Part shown: positions 61,901 to 64,000 of the stretch, piece after piece | How the letters are laid out: the number at the start of each line of letters is the position of its first letter | Numbering within the stretch: the stretch's first letter is position 1 | Translations under genes and position numbers: made by a program | Notes under the pieces: model-generated | What the model was told of the DNA's origin: nothing | Database searches by the model: none | The model's input: the letters and a program-made list of their open reading frames with translations, nothing else | Source: Haplodiscus bocki | Taxonomy: Eukaryota | Assembly (NCBI GenBank): GCA_965655095.1 | Contig: OZ296650.1 | Coordinates: 112,344,001-112,408,000 of the forward strand | Direction: 5' to 3' | DNA length: 64,000 nt

Positions 61901-64000
61901 CTTCTGTTCTTTTAAAACCCAATATGAACAAAATTGAAACCACTGAAAGTATATCTGCTGGTGAAGTCACTGGAAATTAAATAGGAACCAGTTCTGCTCT
62001 GGTACGGGGTTTTACATCACCACTGCAAGGTCCCACAAGAACCATTCGAAGCAATTTTGTTTTTCATAATGACACAAATTCACCTGAAAAACTTACATTT
62101 CAAAATCTTTTTTTTCTGGTTTAACATCTCATCAATTTGAAGTTCAAAACACTGCAACCTTACCATTTTTTCAGTTTAATGGAAACCAACGGAATATACC
62201 AATATCTTATCTGTTTACTGAATATTTCAACCAAAATCAAAAAAACAAAACTTTAACAAATCAACCAAGTAGATCAAATGATCAAAAGTTTTTGTTGAAT
62301 ACAAAAACTACAACTGTTCTTAATCTGTCAGAATCTCCCGTGGGTCCGTTGAAAAATGCTGAGTCTCAATCATTGAGTAGTACCCACAAAAATCCATTCC
62401 AAACGAACCTTAATTTTTATGCCACTGCAAATCCACGTCAAACGTTATGTCAACCTTACACTGCGCCTAATATAGGTCCTTCTGCAATTTTACACTACTA
62501 TTTCGCACTGTAAATCCAGTAAAACCCTTCTTCTATAAATACACAATTTGATACTGTACCTTCTTTTGCAGTTAACAAATCAGTGAAAACTTTTGGTGGA
62601 CTTAACCAACAATATATTACTGAAGAAAATTTACATCAAATTGATGCACCCTTAATTTCTACTATGGGAAAACAACTTCTAGATCGTGTAGATTTTAATC
62701 AGTGGAACAAACAAAAATTAGGATATATACAATATTCGTTATCTTGAACCGCTTTGAGCTGGTCTTTGCGACTTCATGAATTTTACAAAATTCACTGGTC
62801 TGCATTTGTATCTGCACTTAAAAAACTTTTTTTTTCACAGAAAACTGCATCTTATGCACAAGTGGCAACTCAAGCTTGAACGTACGTTTTGATGCTCTGA
62901 AAGTTCAACAATTAGTTGGAAAAGGGTGGTCTAATGAATATGCTGCAACTCTTATCCCCAAATGTAATGAAATTTTCACTGGAGGACTACCAAGAAACTG
63001 AAAGGTTTTGCTTATAAAGGGCAAATTAAACATATATCTTTTGGTATGGAATCTTCTATTCCGTTTCATACAGTTGTTAACCTTATTGATGCTGAAAACA
63101 TTACGAAAGAAAATATTCGTGCACCTCAAAAACAACTAGATGTTAAAAAAGTAACAACAAATCTGGAATCTCAAAACTTATCCGCTGAAACTAATAATGC
63201 AATTCCTCAAATCATGTTTACACAACCAACTGATCCGAATGACAGGAATTAAACCTCAATTTAGGAAATACGGTATTTATTGTCAAAAATCCAATCACTC
63301 TGTTTCAAATTGTTTTCGCGAACAACGCGAAAATGAAGAAAAAAAACGGAATTGTTATTCTTGATCGAAATCACCTGTAATATCATTCAATCAATACTTT
63401 AAAGCATAGCAGAATCAAATTCATCGAAATGAACAACCTTCATCTTGTCCTGTAAACTGTTAATCGCGTAATAGTTATGGTTCAAAAAAGCTTTCAATTT
63501 CAAGAAATTGATTTCCTCCATATCGATCCTCCTGTTTCAGATTAGCTTCAATTTCACGTTATTGACGTGAAATTTCTGGTTTTCGATACGATCATCATGA
63601 TAGAGAATGCAATTTTAATCGAAGTCCATCACGTTCAAGATACACTGGATTTTTTAGCCAACGAAGAAACTCTGAAGCTCCTTAATTTTCTTCTCTCAGA
63701 AAGAGTTGGTATCGTGTTTTGCGTACATCCAACTCCAGAAATTGATATTACCGTAGAAATTACACTTTCTCAAATCGGCTTCCATCAAGTCTATGTTCCC
63801 GATCTATGTGTGCATCTAGAAGATTTGCTAATATAATACAACCAAACTCCTCTGAAAATCATTGCCTACACCGAAAACTTTTGTAAGTTGAAAGAAAAAT
63901 TCGAATTTTTCATCTATACCACAGAAATAACAATTGCTCTAACTCCAACAAGCTGAATTTACAATCTGTATTTTCATCCTCAAAACGAAACCGTTTCAAA
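58981..64000 (+). mobile_element. Old, decayed Ty3/Gypsy LTR retrotransposon (possible LTR ~58981-59507, long leader, gag), truncated by window end
   Basis: Low-complexity N-terminal frame from ~60490; gag capsid-like remnants at 62570-63130 (VKTFGGL...YIQYSLS*TALSW...WSAFVSALKK...IFTGGLP) and degenerate zinc knuckle YCQKSNHSVSNC at ~63278-63313; left boundary uncertain. Confidence 0.7.

Overview
AT-rich, repeat-saturated eukaryotic DNA (animal-like by inference from the transposon families); no intact host gene, rRNA, tRNA gene or CRISPR array is supportable. From left to right: (1) a decayed Polinton/adintovirus-type protein-primed DNA polymerase B (1-2890); (2) a ~110-bp degenerate tandem repeat; (3) a decayed Ty3/Gypsy integrase; (4) an intronless, frameshifted JmjC-family dioxygenase gene (~10050-11040); (5) a young 11-kb minus-strand LTR retroelement (13739-24712, TSD AGAT, tRNA primer-binding site) with very long LTRs (3.5 and 4.2 kb), a gag but no pol, two promoter-plus-tandem-array modules and a decayed ORF in each LTR; (6) an intact CGGBP1-like hAT transposon nested in an internally deleted ZNF862/TTF-type hAT, both with TIRs and 8-bp TSDs; (7) Helentron-type non-autonomous repeats, a MITE-like element, a probable solo LTR and a diverged 2.2-kb dispersed duplicate; (8) a ~13-kb satellite of ~175-bp monomers organised as 4-mer and 9-mer (1574-bp) higher-order repeats; (9) a decayed Gypsy gag running off the right end. 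All counts and alignments were made by eye.
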